A DNA stretch of 64,000 nucleotides from Eledone cirrhosa (taxonomy: Eukaryota), in the NCBI GenBank assembly GCA_964016885.1, contig OZ024740.1:68820001-68884000 (forward strand), written 5' to 3'. The notes under the pieces were generated by a model that was not told the DNA's origin, made no database searches, and saw only the letters and a program-made list of their open reading frames with translations. The translations under genes were made by a program, and so were the position numbers. Numbering within the stretch: the stretch's first letter is position 1; each line of letters begins with the position of its first letter. This document shows, one piece after another, positions 26,140 through 37,698 of this stretch.

Positions 26140-29075
26140 AAAAACCAACAAACATTTAATATAATAGGTCTGTTTGGGAACAGGTTTTGAAATGACCAAT
26201 AGAAAAGTAGCAAGTGGTCAAGTTAATAGAATAGTATTAGTAACAATTTAATTTAGGGGTAGAGGAATGCAAACTTCAGTTTTGAATGGAAAGAATACTT
26301 TGAATGAAAAGATTACTTTGGGGATGAAAAGAGGTCAAGCCGGTGAAAGGTACACGAACATTTGATGTTATTAAAGGTTAATGCTAATGTTAAAATCGAA
26401 TGAGAATAACATTTTAGGATAAATGTGTTAGTGAGAAATACCAATCTTATTTAAAACATAAGGAATTTAGATCTATAAAAAGAAATTAAATTAATTTAAT
26501 TGATAGGTTTACTTATAGGGATAAATTTATATTAATTCATATAGATGTGATAAATAAGAGTTAGATGTTATTAAAGAATATTGTTAAAAACGAAGGAAAA
26601 AAATGTTGGGGGGATAAATGTATTAGTGAGAAATAACAAACTTATATAGACTACAAGGAATTTAGATTCATAATAGGAAATTAAAATAGTTTATATGCAT
26701 ACTTATAGGTATTAATTTTAGGAAAAGATAGCTGTAAAAGGGAAATAAAATTATGAATTCTCAGTAGTAAAATACAAATTATAGGTTAACTAAATTTAAA
26801 AAAACTAATTATAATAATTTGTAAAATATAAGTGTATATTAATTAGGTTTATAATATTTGAAAGTTCTTCTAATTCTAGGATTGCACGATATAATTAATT
26901 CGTGTCGCTTATTTAATAGGATATCCTTAGATTTCATTATTTCAAAAGGTTCCTGGGAACATAATCTACACTCATATCTGTTATATTGATAAGGGGTGGC
27001 CCTTTTGAGCACACTCCAGGTCAGGTTATAATCGATATTCTTTTTTCTATAATTATTAATTATTTCAGCCAAGGATGTTGTATTAGCTAATGCGGCATTT
27101 TTAAAAATGTGTTTGTGGGTATTAAATCTTACTTTAAATTGGTTAGAAGTAGCTCCTATATATGAATAAGTTGAGTCCTTAGTGCTAAGTTTACATTTAT
27201 ATACTATGTTATTAATAAGACTATTTCCTTTTAATGGGCAATTTGCTTTGTTTCTACAGTTGCAACCATTCGTGAATATTATATGAAGGGAGTTAGTCAA
27301 ATTAGGTGTGGAATTTACTCGACTTGTTGTATGCGAAGGAGATGGTGGTTTGCTGCGGTTTATTTTAGTATTATGGTTAGTTTGATGTGTTGGTGGTATA
27401 TTCATGTTTTTCTTAAATTTATATGCAATGTAGGCACTTATATTTTGTTGTATATTTTTGGTAGTGAAGTAGGAGAATTTGACCGTTGATATATTTAAAA
27501 TTTGATGGTATTTATGGTTTGGCGGGAAGTTTTTCTCTAGGATAGTAAACATTTTTTAGGGATATTATCTTTAATTTGTAGATTAAATGGAGCATTATAT
27601 ACCAAGTAACTCGTCTATTACGGTTTCGATGTTGTTTTTTTTATATTTATACGATGTATCAGGATGTTTACTAAGAGAGTTAGTATTAGTGAATTTATTA
27701 TACATATATCTAGTTAGATTAACGGATTTAGGCGTTTTAGTCTGATTATTAGGAATTTGGTTAGTAATATTATGAACATATATTTGAGTATTAGGATGAA
27801 TGGTTTTTTGAAAGTTATTATATTGTATGTGAGAAGAGGTAGAGAAATTAAGTTTTAAGTTAGTATTTTTGGGTATAGTGTGAGTGGCGTTTAGGTGTGT
27901 ATTTTTAATGTGGTGTTTGTTGGTAATATTGGGTTGTATGTTTGTAGTATTATTGTTAAAAGGTATATAGACTAATTTGTTTTTGTGGCCGCTTCTAGCT
28001 AAAGCTTCGTTATAAAAGGTGGCATTTTTATCCTGGTTAGATGAAAGTTTAGAAATTCTGAGTGAGATAGTATATGCTAGGTTTTTAAGGATAGATCTAG
28101 GGTGATTGGATTGTGAGTGTATGTAATGTAAGTTTTGGTTAGGTTTATGGTAATGTTGGTAGATACCCGTAGATAAGTCTAAAGTTATATCAAGGAAATT
28201 AACTACTTTACTGGTGTTTTCAAATGTAATAGTGAGGCTATAATAGTCTTTGAGGAAAGTTCAAATAATTTTTTTATTTTTTTCAATTTCTGATAGTTAG
28301 TGGAAAGAAGAAGACAGTCATCACGATATAAACCACATTGAAGGTGGGGAAAAGAAGGGTTTATGTTAAATAGAAGAAAGAGGCCCACAAGATCGGTAAT
28401 TTGGGCAGAATCACTAGTGCCCATATTAATGTCGAATAGATTACTATATGTATTTCTGGTCCAGTATTCCTTCTGAAATTCCAGTAGTGTTTGTCTAGCG
28501 TGCGTCATAATAATAATGTCATCCATAGTTAAATTTGATCTATTTTTGGCAAATATCAATGTTTTGTTCAGAAGTATAGGTGATATAGAGGGATAATAAG
28601 CATCTATATCGAATTGTAGAAATGAAGCATATGATTTATTTCGAATATTAGTAAATCAGTTAATTACCTGGGATGTGTTTTCCCAGAGTGGTAAATTAAC
28701 ATGTTTTCTTAATTGTGGGATGACTCTATCTAAAATCTGTTTACTAATGATGCCAATGTCAGATTTGGAAGGGCATATAAGTCTTATAGAAGGATTAGAG
28801 TGAAAATTAGATTTCTGATCTTTCAGGTTAAAGTGTGGTTTTTCATCTTTAATATTGAGTTATTTATATTGTGTGTTTTGTTGTTGATATTGATAAGTGC
28901 CGCATTATTTGGTTTTTTATAATTTTTCCTGAGTCCTTTATAAATGAACTCATTGTAATTATCAATATCCATGTGGTACAGATTTCCAGTTTTGTCAGAG
29001 TGGACATGGATTTTGTTAGATTGTTTTAGATCCAATAGGGTAGAATCAAGATCCTTTTGAAAATTAGATTTATGT
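26140..29075 (-). mobile_element. Penelope-like element, 5'-truncated, RT and GIY-YIG disrupted
   Basis: QFDIDAYYPSI, MGTSDSAQITDLVGLF, GLYRDD (28203..28559), NFLDITLDL, SNHP; ORF 26839..27552 has CNCRNKANCPL, IVYKC..YIGATS, CRLC. The 3' region has a diverged ~200 bp tandem repeat (26365-26500 / 26565-26695). Confidence 0.93.
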
Positions 29076-29138
29076 TTCTCTATATATATGTGCGTGTATC
29101 CCATTTGCAACAACGCAGCACGCTATTTGCCATTTTTC

Positions 29139-29210
<72 letters not shown>

Positions 29211-29426
29211 AAGAAATTGTCTAGTTAGTGATATTACTATGCTGCTATTAACATAGACAATATACTTTGGTTGTAAAAAATACAAAACAAACAAAATATC
29301 CTGTAGCAACATGCGTTTGAGTTCCCAGCTGATGTGATTCCTTCCTTCTCACCACGGTACTGGCCATAGTGAGAGCAAAATACATCATATATCTCATTTG
29401 TCCTTCAACCATAATATAAATCTAAA

Positions 29427-29520
<94 letters not shown>

Positions 29521-29622
29521 TATATGTATATATATGCAAAAGTTTTATTTAAAATTGTAGGGTTACAACGAGTAAATATTTTATAACTGATATAAAAGCA
29601 CTCAACAGGTTTTGGTGTAGGT

Positions 29623-30153
29623 TTACGATATTAAACAAATGGAATCTATATTTATAAAACCATATTCATTTCATTATATATATTTCAGGGATACCATATT
29701 AAAAATATGGTCTCCAAGCTGCCTATCATTTTTCACTCCCTCAATATATTTCTCTCTCCCATATCTCTTTCTCTCTATCTCGCTCTGTTGTTTTCTTTAC
29801 ATACATCTCTTCATCTTCCTCTCTAACTGTCCTTAGCATTATACATTTTCTTTCTTCTTCCCTTCTTTTTTCTTTTTTTCTTTTTTTCTTTTTTCTTTTT
29901 TCTTCTTTTTTTTCTCTTCTTCTTTTTTTCTCTTCGTCCTTCTTTTTAACTGTCCTCAACATTTTCACTACCAAATCAACTTTTTAAATGGAAGTTGCAC
30001 TGTTCTAGGTATGTCAAATTTATTTATAAAACAGTTTATATATTGTATTTTGTCTGAGGAAGGCATACCATATTTTTAATATGGTATCCCTGAAATATAT
30101 ATAATGAAATAAATATGGTTTTATAAATATAGTTTTCATTTGTTTAATATCGT
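29623..30153. repeat. ~90 bp inverted repeat pair (29623-29711 / 30067-30153)
   Basis: TACGATATTAAACAAATG...GATACCATATTAAAAATATGGT and its near-exact reverse complement. Confidence 0.85.
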
Positions 30154-30181
30154 ATGTATATATATATATATATAAATACAT

Positions 30182-30286
<105 letters not shown>

Positions 30287-30299
30287 AATACATATACAC

Positions 30300-30350
<51 letters not shown>

Positions 30351-31135
30351 TTTTGTTTTATATTATATAGTTTTATATAGAAATACATACATGCATACAT
30401 ACAAACATATATATACATTGAGAGAGAGAGGGGATGTGACATGAGAGAGAGGATGGAAGTGACATGACAAAAAAATATATCGGATTGTGAATTGTATATG
30501 TTGCATAAGAATACAGATAATTGTGATATTTTGTTTCATATAATATGTAATATATTTTGAGACTAAGTGTTTCAGCTTATTAAGTTTTAAAGAAGGAATG
30601 ACTGGTTCATTGCATTCCCAGTGGGATAGTAATTATAGCAAGGTTGTATATAGGGCAACACTTGAAGAATATTTACCAAAAGTTATTTTTATGGGAATGC
30701 AATGGTGTGGTTACTATTATCCTGTTATATACACTTTTCGCCGATATACATACAAAGACAAGCGCACATATAACCCCAGCCCATATATAGATATATATTT
30801 TACTTATATCTGTGTGTATGCTTTTTTTATTTATTGCTATATATTTTTATATATTATTTTTCTTACCCTTCTTTTTCATAGATATTTTTCTCATGTATAT
30901 AATTTTTAACAGATTTTAAATCTCATTTCATATTTTCTATCCATAACATCCTCTGTCTGACGACCGATCCAGACGTATATTAATATTTACCGGGATACAG
31001 CAACCTTTTGTAATGAAGTATTTATATGTTGTGTTGTTCATTATCTAATATATATTATATATATATTATATATATATATATATATAAATATATATATTTA
31101 TATATATATAATATATATATATATATACCGTTTAT

Positions 31136-31581
31136 ATCATCATCATCATCATCATCATCATCACCGTTTTACGTCCGTTCTTCCACGCTAGCATGGGTTA
31201 AACGGGTTGTCCTGTTGTGGCCAGTGTCCTTATTGCTCATACAGGAACTGATTCTGGCTTGATTTCTGCAGTTGGATGCCCTTCCTAACATCAACCTCAT
31301 TTAGAGTGAGTGGTGGGTGTTTTTTTCCGTGGCGCCTACACATCCACTTTACAATGTGGGCTAGGTGCTTTCTTGCGTGGTACCTCCACGACCACTTTGC
31401 AGTGGGATGGTGTGTGGGCATAGTGTCTAAATGCTTCAGCTTGGGCTTGTACCCGTTGGAGGTCGGGTACTCTGTATTACTGCGTGACGCCAGAGGTCAC
31501 GGTCGTGTGGCATCGCCTTTGAGATGTGTAATTGGGTAAGGTCGGCTATTATCACCTCATCCCATGTCTCCTTTGGTCTCC

Positions 31582-31584
<3 letters not shown>
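31136..31584 (-). mobile_element. RTE-type LINE 3' end with (ATG)n tail
   Basis: Minus strand reads GRPKETWDEVI..DL...DRDLWRHAV, typical of an RTE ORF C-terminus, followed by 3' UTR and the (CAT)n tract on plus. Confidence 0.75.
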
Positions 31585-31640
<56 letters not shown>

Positions 31641-31643
<3 letters not shown>

Positions 31644-31856
31644 ACGAGTAGGACCTCCACGGCTGAGCTTAAGCCGTTTCGACGATTAATTCTGGAGTAA
31701 TTCTGGACTATTTTAGTCCAGAATTAGCCGTCGAAACGGCTTGAGCTCAGCCATCGGCGTCCTACTCGTTCCTATTACCCACTCTACTACCCCCTAAGTA
31801 TTGAGTACTTTGGTGCGTTATGGTCCATCGGGTTCCTTAGCACATTTCCTTCGTTA
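31641..31856 (+). mobile_element. Fold-back derivative of the 2190-2612 PLE terminus
   Basis: 31714-31856 matches 2471-2612; 31641-31710 is an inverted copy of 31714-31772; (TA)n on both sides. Confidence 0.85.
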
Positions 31857-31927
31857 TATATATATATATATATATATACTTATTATATATATATATATGT
31901 ATTATATATATAATATATATATATATA

Positions 31928-31973
<46 letters not shown>

Positions 31974-32019
31974 ATATATATTATATGTATATATATATAT
32001 ATTATATATACATATTATA

Positions 32020-32065
<46 letters not shown>

Positions 32066-32074
32066 TCATTAGTT

Positions 32075-32960
32075 AAGCAAAATAAGACCACAAATTCCAC
32101 AAGGAAGACATTATTAAAAGATTGTCAACATAGTTTTAGTTTAATGTAAGGAATGTAAAGAATAATAATAATACTACTAATGTCCGTTTACAATTGTTTC
32201 GCTACTCCATATAATGTTTCTGGATCAAATGATTATAGATCATTATTGATCTGGTTCAGTTGTAGATAATTAACTTAGATAAAATTGGAGCAGTTAATCG
32301 GATCTTCAAAAGGAATATAAATTAAGGTAAAAAAAGATGGTTATATTAATGTAATGTTACATATATTGGTATTTTACTATGGTTTCCAGGGTATATATAT
32401 TGTCTGCCATAGGCGAGCAATATTCTTCTGTCGAGGCTGCCTTATGTGAGATCTGCCTATGGACAACAAGATGGCCGCCAAAGGACATATTTATCTTACT
32501 AATTAGAGGGTGGTTTCAGGGGATGTAACTCCTCGAAAAATTAGAAATTGAGGGTAGTTTATAGTTAAGAAGTGCTAATGATTTTAAGTGAGAGACAATA
32601 TAAGGGAGATAAGTTATAATTATCTAAGTTAGCTATAACTATTTAACTTATTAGCTATAAGAAAAATTGGGAATAGATGACTATGTTGGGTCAAATATTC
32701 TGTTGGCGAAGGAATTAGCCCTTCAATATTGTCAGCCTAATTGTTACCTCCGTTCTATCAATAATCGGTAGATAGAGTTATGTAATATGCTAGAGTTATG
32801 TAATAGTCGCGATAGAGTTATGTAATATGCTTCGGTAAAACAGAGATCACAAGAGTTTTTCGTCCATTGAACGGTTGGGCTCTAGCCAAGATATCCCATG
32901 TTAGTGAGTGTTCAATGTTGGTTAATTTAAGGCTTTTAATGAGCCTGGATATAGATGTCG
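32075..32960 (-). mobile_element. PLE 3' fragment (GIY-YIG C-terminus and pseudo-LTR)
   Basis: Minus strand 32820-32900 reads WDILARAQPFNG..CDLCFTEAYYI; hammerhead-like motif at 32183-32314. Confidence 0.7.
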
Positions 32961-33085
32961 AACACCTATTGCTAGGGTCTCGGAAGGAAAAAGAGTGCGC
33001 GTTATAGCGTACCTTATATATACATATTAATTATATATATATATATAATATATAAATGTATCATATATATAATAATTATATATAT

Positions 33086-33177
<92 letters not shown>

Positions 33178-33473
33178 TATATATATATATAAGTATGTAC
33201 ATGTACATACATATATGTATACAGACGTACAGTAGTATGTATATATATATACATACAGTATTTACGTATCGAGAGAGAGAAAAAAAAAGGATGATAGGTG
33301 ATACATATAGTTATTTGCCAAGTAGCGTACGCCAAAGGTGCTCGATACTAGTGCCGGCAATATTAAATATTCGAAGTGTTAATATTTAGGGGGCTAGAGA
33401 ATTAGCAGAGCGTAAGCACATGGAAAAGTAAGTAATCGGAGAATAGACTGGTAAAACATGTTTATTTAAAACA

Positions 33474-33513
33474 GCACCTACGTACGTTTCGCCCAGTTGA
33501 GCTTCTCAAGGGC
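33474..33513 (-). ncRNA. Minimal hammerhead, U3-A8 variant (inverted pLTR copy)
   Basis: Minus strand GCCC TTGAGAA GCTC AACT GGGC GAAA CGTACG TA GGTGC. Confidence 0.65.
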
Positions 33514-35284
33514 ATAACTAACCAAAAGTATTCCTTACATTGCTCGGAAAGAGCTACAATAGGGCCTTGATAAGAGTCGAATTTAACTGAGGAATTTCCT
33601 ACATCCTTAACGCTAGCTCTAGAACCCCCACCCCCACCCCCTCATAAAATGAACGTTATTGTAAGCCATACCTATAACCCATCACGCGGTGACCGCGTTG
33701 GAGTCGGATATAATAGAATAGATAATCGCACTAAAGATCACGACCCCGGCGACAGTGACCACTGTAGCTTACTCGAAATATTCTCCTACTACAAAATCAA
33801 CAAAGGCGACGGCCTACTACCAACACCTTCCTACCAAACTCTTCCTGTACATAAACATGGAAGAAGGAAGAAGAGTGCACCCGAGCATAAAGTGAAAGGG
33901 GCACCTAACGGGCTACAGCGCATTAACATACTAAGAACGGTCACCTAGATGGAACCACCCGTAGCAAACGTACAAGGACACGTAATCGCCACCGAAACGT
34001 CCTATGGTTCCACCCCCACCCCCATCTACTCTCGGAGTGTGGCCTCCGGATATTCTTCGAGGCCTTAGAGAAGAACTTCCCGCCCAACCATAGGTATAGA
34101 AAAATTCTTAATAGGAACAATATGAAAATATCCTTCTCTACTACTCCTAAACTAGCAGACATCGTAGGAACAACGAATCACAGTAAGATCACCAAGACAC
34201 AGCACCTTAGCACAGTGGCACCTGCACCTGACAATAACTATATCGGCCTTAACAACTCCCTATCAGCATCCAATGTTGCTGGCAACGGCCTCCGCAGATG
34301 CTACCAGCATAACAGCGAAATGACTGGGTAACATGCAGGACATGACGTGCGGATTAATAATCGTACCACGCTGCGCGCTGCGGGTTGTAATGGTGCTAAC
34401 GACAGTTGCGGGAGCGTAGATAACAACGTAGGCAGCACCAGTGATAGCCTTACCGTGGGAAATGGATGGAACCGCGACAGAAATTGCAACTGCCGCGACA
34501 GAGGACGCTGCCCCCTTAGAGGATACTGCTTGACTGATAGGGTTATATATAGATGCACTGTGAGTAGCCACAATAGCGTTAAACATTATATAGGGGCGAC
34601 CTCCGGCCCGTTCAAAATAAGGCTTCGAACACATCTCCACTCTTTCACAAATAAGAAATTAAGATACTCCAATTCGTTTATGGACTACATCACATCATTA
34701 AAGGATTAAACATCAGCTTCTCCACGCACTGGGATATTGTCGGCAGGGCTGCACCGTACAACTTCAAGAGGAAGTGCGATTTTTGCCTCATGGAGCTCTA
34801 CCACATTATAACTGAACCCCACGAGCTCATCAACAGCAGAACTGAAACAGCGATAAGTTGTACATATCGCTTTAAAATATCCTTCTTCAGATGGGTTAAG
34901 GATGAGGAGTGAAACCGTGTACCAGATCTCCCTGCAACAGGTTTTACCACCCCGGCGGGCAGGCGCTGCAAAGTAACACCCAGGAAACTAAGCATGCATA
35001 CAAGACCCAGCCTCAAACGACGCAGGAAAACAGGTGCGGCTAAAACAAACGTCTCAAAATAAGCGTGGATTACATGACACTGTTGCGTATCGACAATGGT
35101 AAGGTTGTAACCACATCTTGTAACGGATTAAAAATTTGTCCGGGAAAGACTGCCCTAACACCGGCCAGAGTTTCCTCCCTTGACAAAATCAAAACACGCT
35201 ATTTCTGCGAGCAATGAATCTTGACGTCAACATAACACCAAAAACACTTTCCGAGCAATGTAAGGAACACTTTTGGTTATTTAT

Positions 35285-35324
35285 GCTCTTGAGAAGCCCA
35301 ACTGGGCGAAACGTACGTAGTTGC
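35285..35324 (+). ncRNA. Minimal hammerhead, U3-A8 variant (3' pLTR copy)
   Basis: GCTC TTGAGAA(35289-95) GCCC AACT GGGC GAAA(35308-11) CGTACG TA GTTGC; stem III is the perfect palindrome ACGTACGT; stem I weak. Confidence 0.62.
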
Positions 35325-35378
35325 TGTTTTAAATAAACATGTTTTAACGGTCTATTCTCCGATTTCTTACTTTTCTAC

Positions 35379-35426
<48 letters not shown>

Positions 35427-35509
35427 ATACATATATACATGCATATAGCTATATATATATATTGTTATGTTTGTGGAGGGTCATAATGTAATACTATTGC
35501 AAAAACTAA

Positions 35510-35688
35510 TAATTGCTTCTACTGTTGGCACAAGGCCAGCAATTACCCAGTGCATTATTGGTTCTCTTATTTAATCGACCCCGTAAGGATTGAAGCAAAG
35601 TTAACCCCGGCGGGATTTGAACTCACAATGGCAAGTGCCGTAACTCTATGCGTTAAAGCCTGGTGTCCGACGCTCTACGATACTGCCA
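35510..35688 (-). mobile_element. tRNA-derived SINE (family A)
   Basis: Matches 5300-5486. Confidence 0.88.
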
Positions 35689-35750
35689 AAACACATTCAG
35701 TGGTTGGTTTGGATTGGTTTTCGCTTATGTATATTTTATATCCCTTTTGT

Positions 35751-36775
35751 TAATTTAGCTGGTGATCAATGTTTCTCATTGATTGACCAACGGTTAAAAA
35801 TATAGATATAAATATATATACTTATAGTCTATCAAAGTCCTTTCATCACACACCTGTGACATCATCAGTGGTACTATTATGTGTCTCATGTTGTATTGTG
35901 TCTATTCTATTTTTTATTTATTTAGTTTTTCTTGTCTCTGTTTGCGTGTGTGATTGTGTGTGTGTTCGTGTCTGAGTCTGTGTGTTTTTGTATTATATAT
36001 TTGCTCACTAGTGTGTGTTTATGTGTGGCTGTTGTTATTGTACATGTGTATATTTATTTATATCTATTTTCGGTCACTATTCTGTGTTTCAGTATGTTTA
36101 TTGTTGTTGTTATTCCATTCCTTTTTTCTGTTCAACTTCGGTTTTCTTAGTTCTACTTCAGTGGCTTCTCTGATTTGTCTACCTTTTGAGTCATTTCTAT
36201 GTTTAGATATTATTCTAATTTCTCTGTTGTCTCCATTGTGTTCATATAGTACCAAATCGTCTTTTTGTCCATTTAGTTCACCCAGTGTTTGTCTTTCTCT
36301 CCCCTATGCTCCGAGCTGACTCTCCTATGTATGCCATTGTCATGTTTCTGCAAGTACCCTCTGTACATCTTATGCTATAGCTACATTCCTAGCTTTACAA
36401 TTTATTTGTGGATTTATTCTACATATAACAAATTCCCTATTAGTAGAGTGGATTTTTTATAAAGGGGTAAGGTTTACTGATAAGGGATGTTATGGTATTT
36501 CCTGGCTTTTCTACCACTTTAATCTTTAAATGCCTCTTTCTTAGGGTCTTTCTAAATTCGTTAGCTAATTCACCCCCATAGGTTGCATCCACAAATATGA
36601 CACTATGGTATCTCTTGTTGTCGTACCATTAAGTTACTTTTCCTATCTTATGTTTAGTCCTAGCTATGCTGTTCCATGATTTGCTCCTGTACAATGGGCA
36701 CATCCCTTTCATGTCCATATCTATATTTTCAACTGTTGGTCAATCAATGATAAACATTGATTGCCAGCTAAATTA
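35751..36775 (-). mobile_element. PLE 3' fragment with inverted termini and hammerhead-like motif
   Basis: Minus strand 36290-36390 reads YSIRCTEGTCRNMTMAYIGESARSIGER; inverted repeat 35751-35810 / 36717-36775; CTGATGA..GAAA on minus at 35824-35878. Confidence 0.8.
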
Positions 36776-36907
36776 AACAGTGAGTGTGTTTTATTATTAT
36801 TTATGGCAATATAATAATATGATCCCACCCCCCACCCCCCAAATATAGCAATATTTGATTCAATCCACGATTTCATATCAAAAACCTGGCAAAACCAATT
36901 CATCGCC

Positions 36908-36961
<54 letters not shown>

Positions 36962-37278
36962 GTATACATATACATGGCGATGAATTGGTTTTGCAAGGTT
37001 ATATATATATATTTATATATTTGAAAAGAGAAGTAAGGTTCTATACAAAACAGTGGTTATAGAGAAAGGAGTAAATTGGAAATACCAATATTAAATTTGA
37101 AATATATTTTCCGTGCTATTTCCAATTGTGCTTCTCTCTCTCTCTCTCTTTCTTTTTTATATATTTATATATATATATATATATATTAATTCGTGTATGT
37201 GTTGGTTAATCACGGGCACTTTAGCATGCAGGGTAGAGAACACGAGGAAGTGCGCAGGTGTGTCTGTTTACTCCGGTG

Positions 37279-37682
37279 TATAAACAAGAAGTATAAGTCA
37301 ACAGGTTAAGATTAACTTGGTTTTATCATAGTCACTGTTATATATATTTCGCTGATAACAGTTATGCAACATTAAGACTTCGTCTGACAGCTAGAATTTG
37401 AACAGAAAAAAAAAGAAAAAAACCAAAGATGGAATAAAGCTTACATTTCATATTTTGATTCCGTTGATATGCTCTGTGCTAAATTTTGAAGTTGCTTTTT
37501 CAAGGCACCGGTAGCATAGAAATCAGAATGAAGGATTTTATTGAATCAGTAGAAGTATCCCCTACTCATTGGTCTGATTTAGCTTCTACATTTCAACAAA
37601 AAGTCTATTGAATTTCTTCAATTCAGCGACTATGAATAAACGAAGTTAAGCTTACGCTGTTGACTTATACTTCTTGTTTATA
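37279..37682. mobile_element. MITE-like element with 26 bp perfect inverted termini
   Basis: TATAAACAAGAAGTATAAGTCAACAG 37279-304 and its reverse complement at 37657-682; no coding capacity. Confidence 0.55.
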
Positions 37683-37698
37683 TATATATAATCATATA

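Larger units (their letters stand above)
33418..35380 (+). mobile_element. 5'-truncated PLE flanked by inverted pseudo-LTRs
   Basis: RNVLWFHP, EKNFPPNHRYRKILNRNNMKISFSTTP, CNCRDRGRCPLRGYCLTDRVIYRC..YIGATSGPFKIR, CDFC; inverted repeats 33418-33551 / 35247-35380. Confidence 0.92.
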
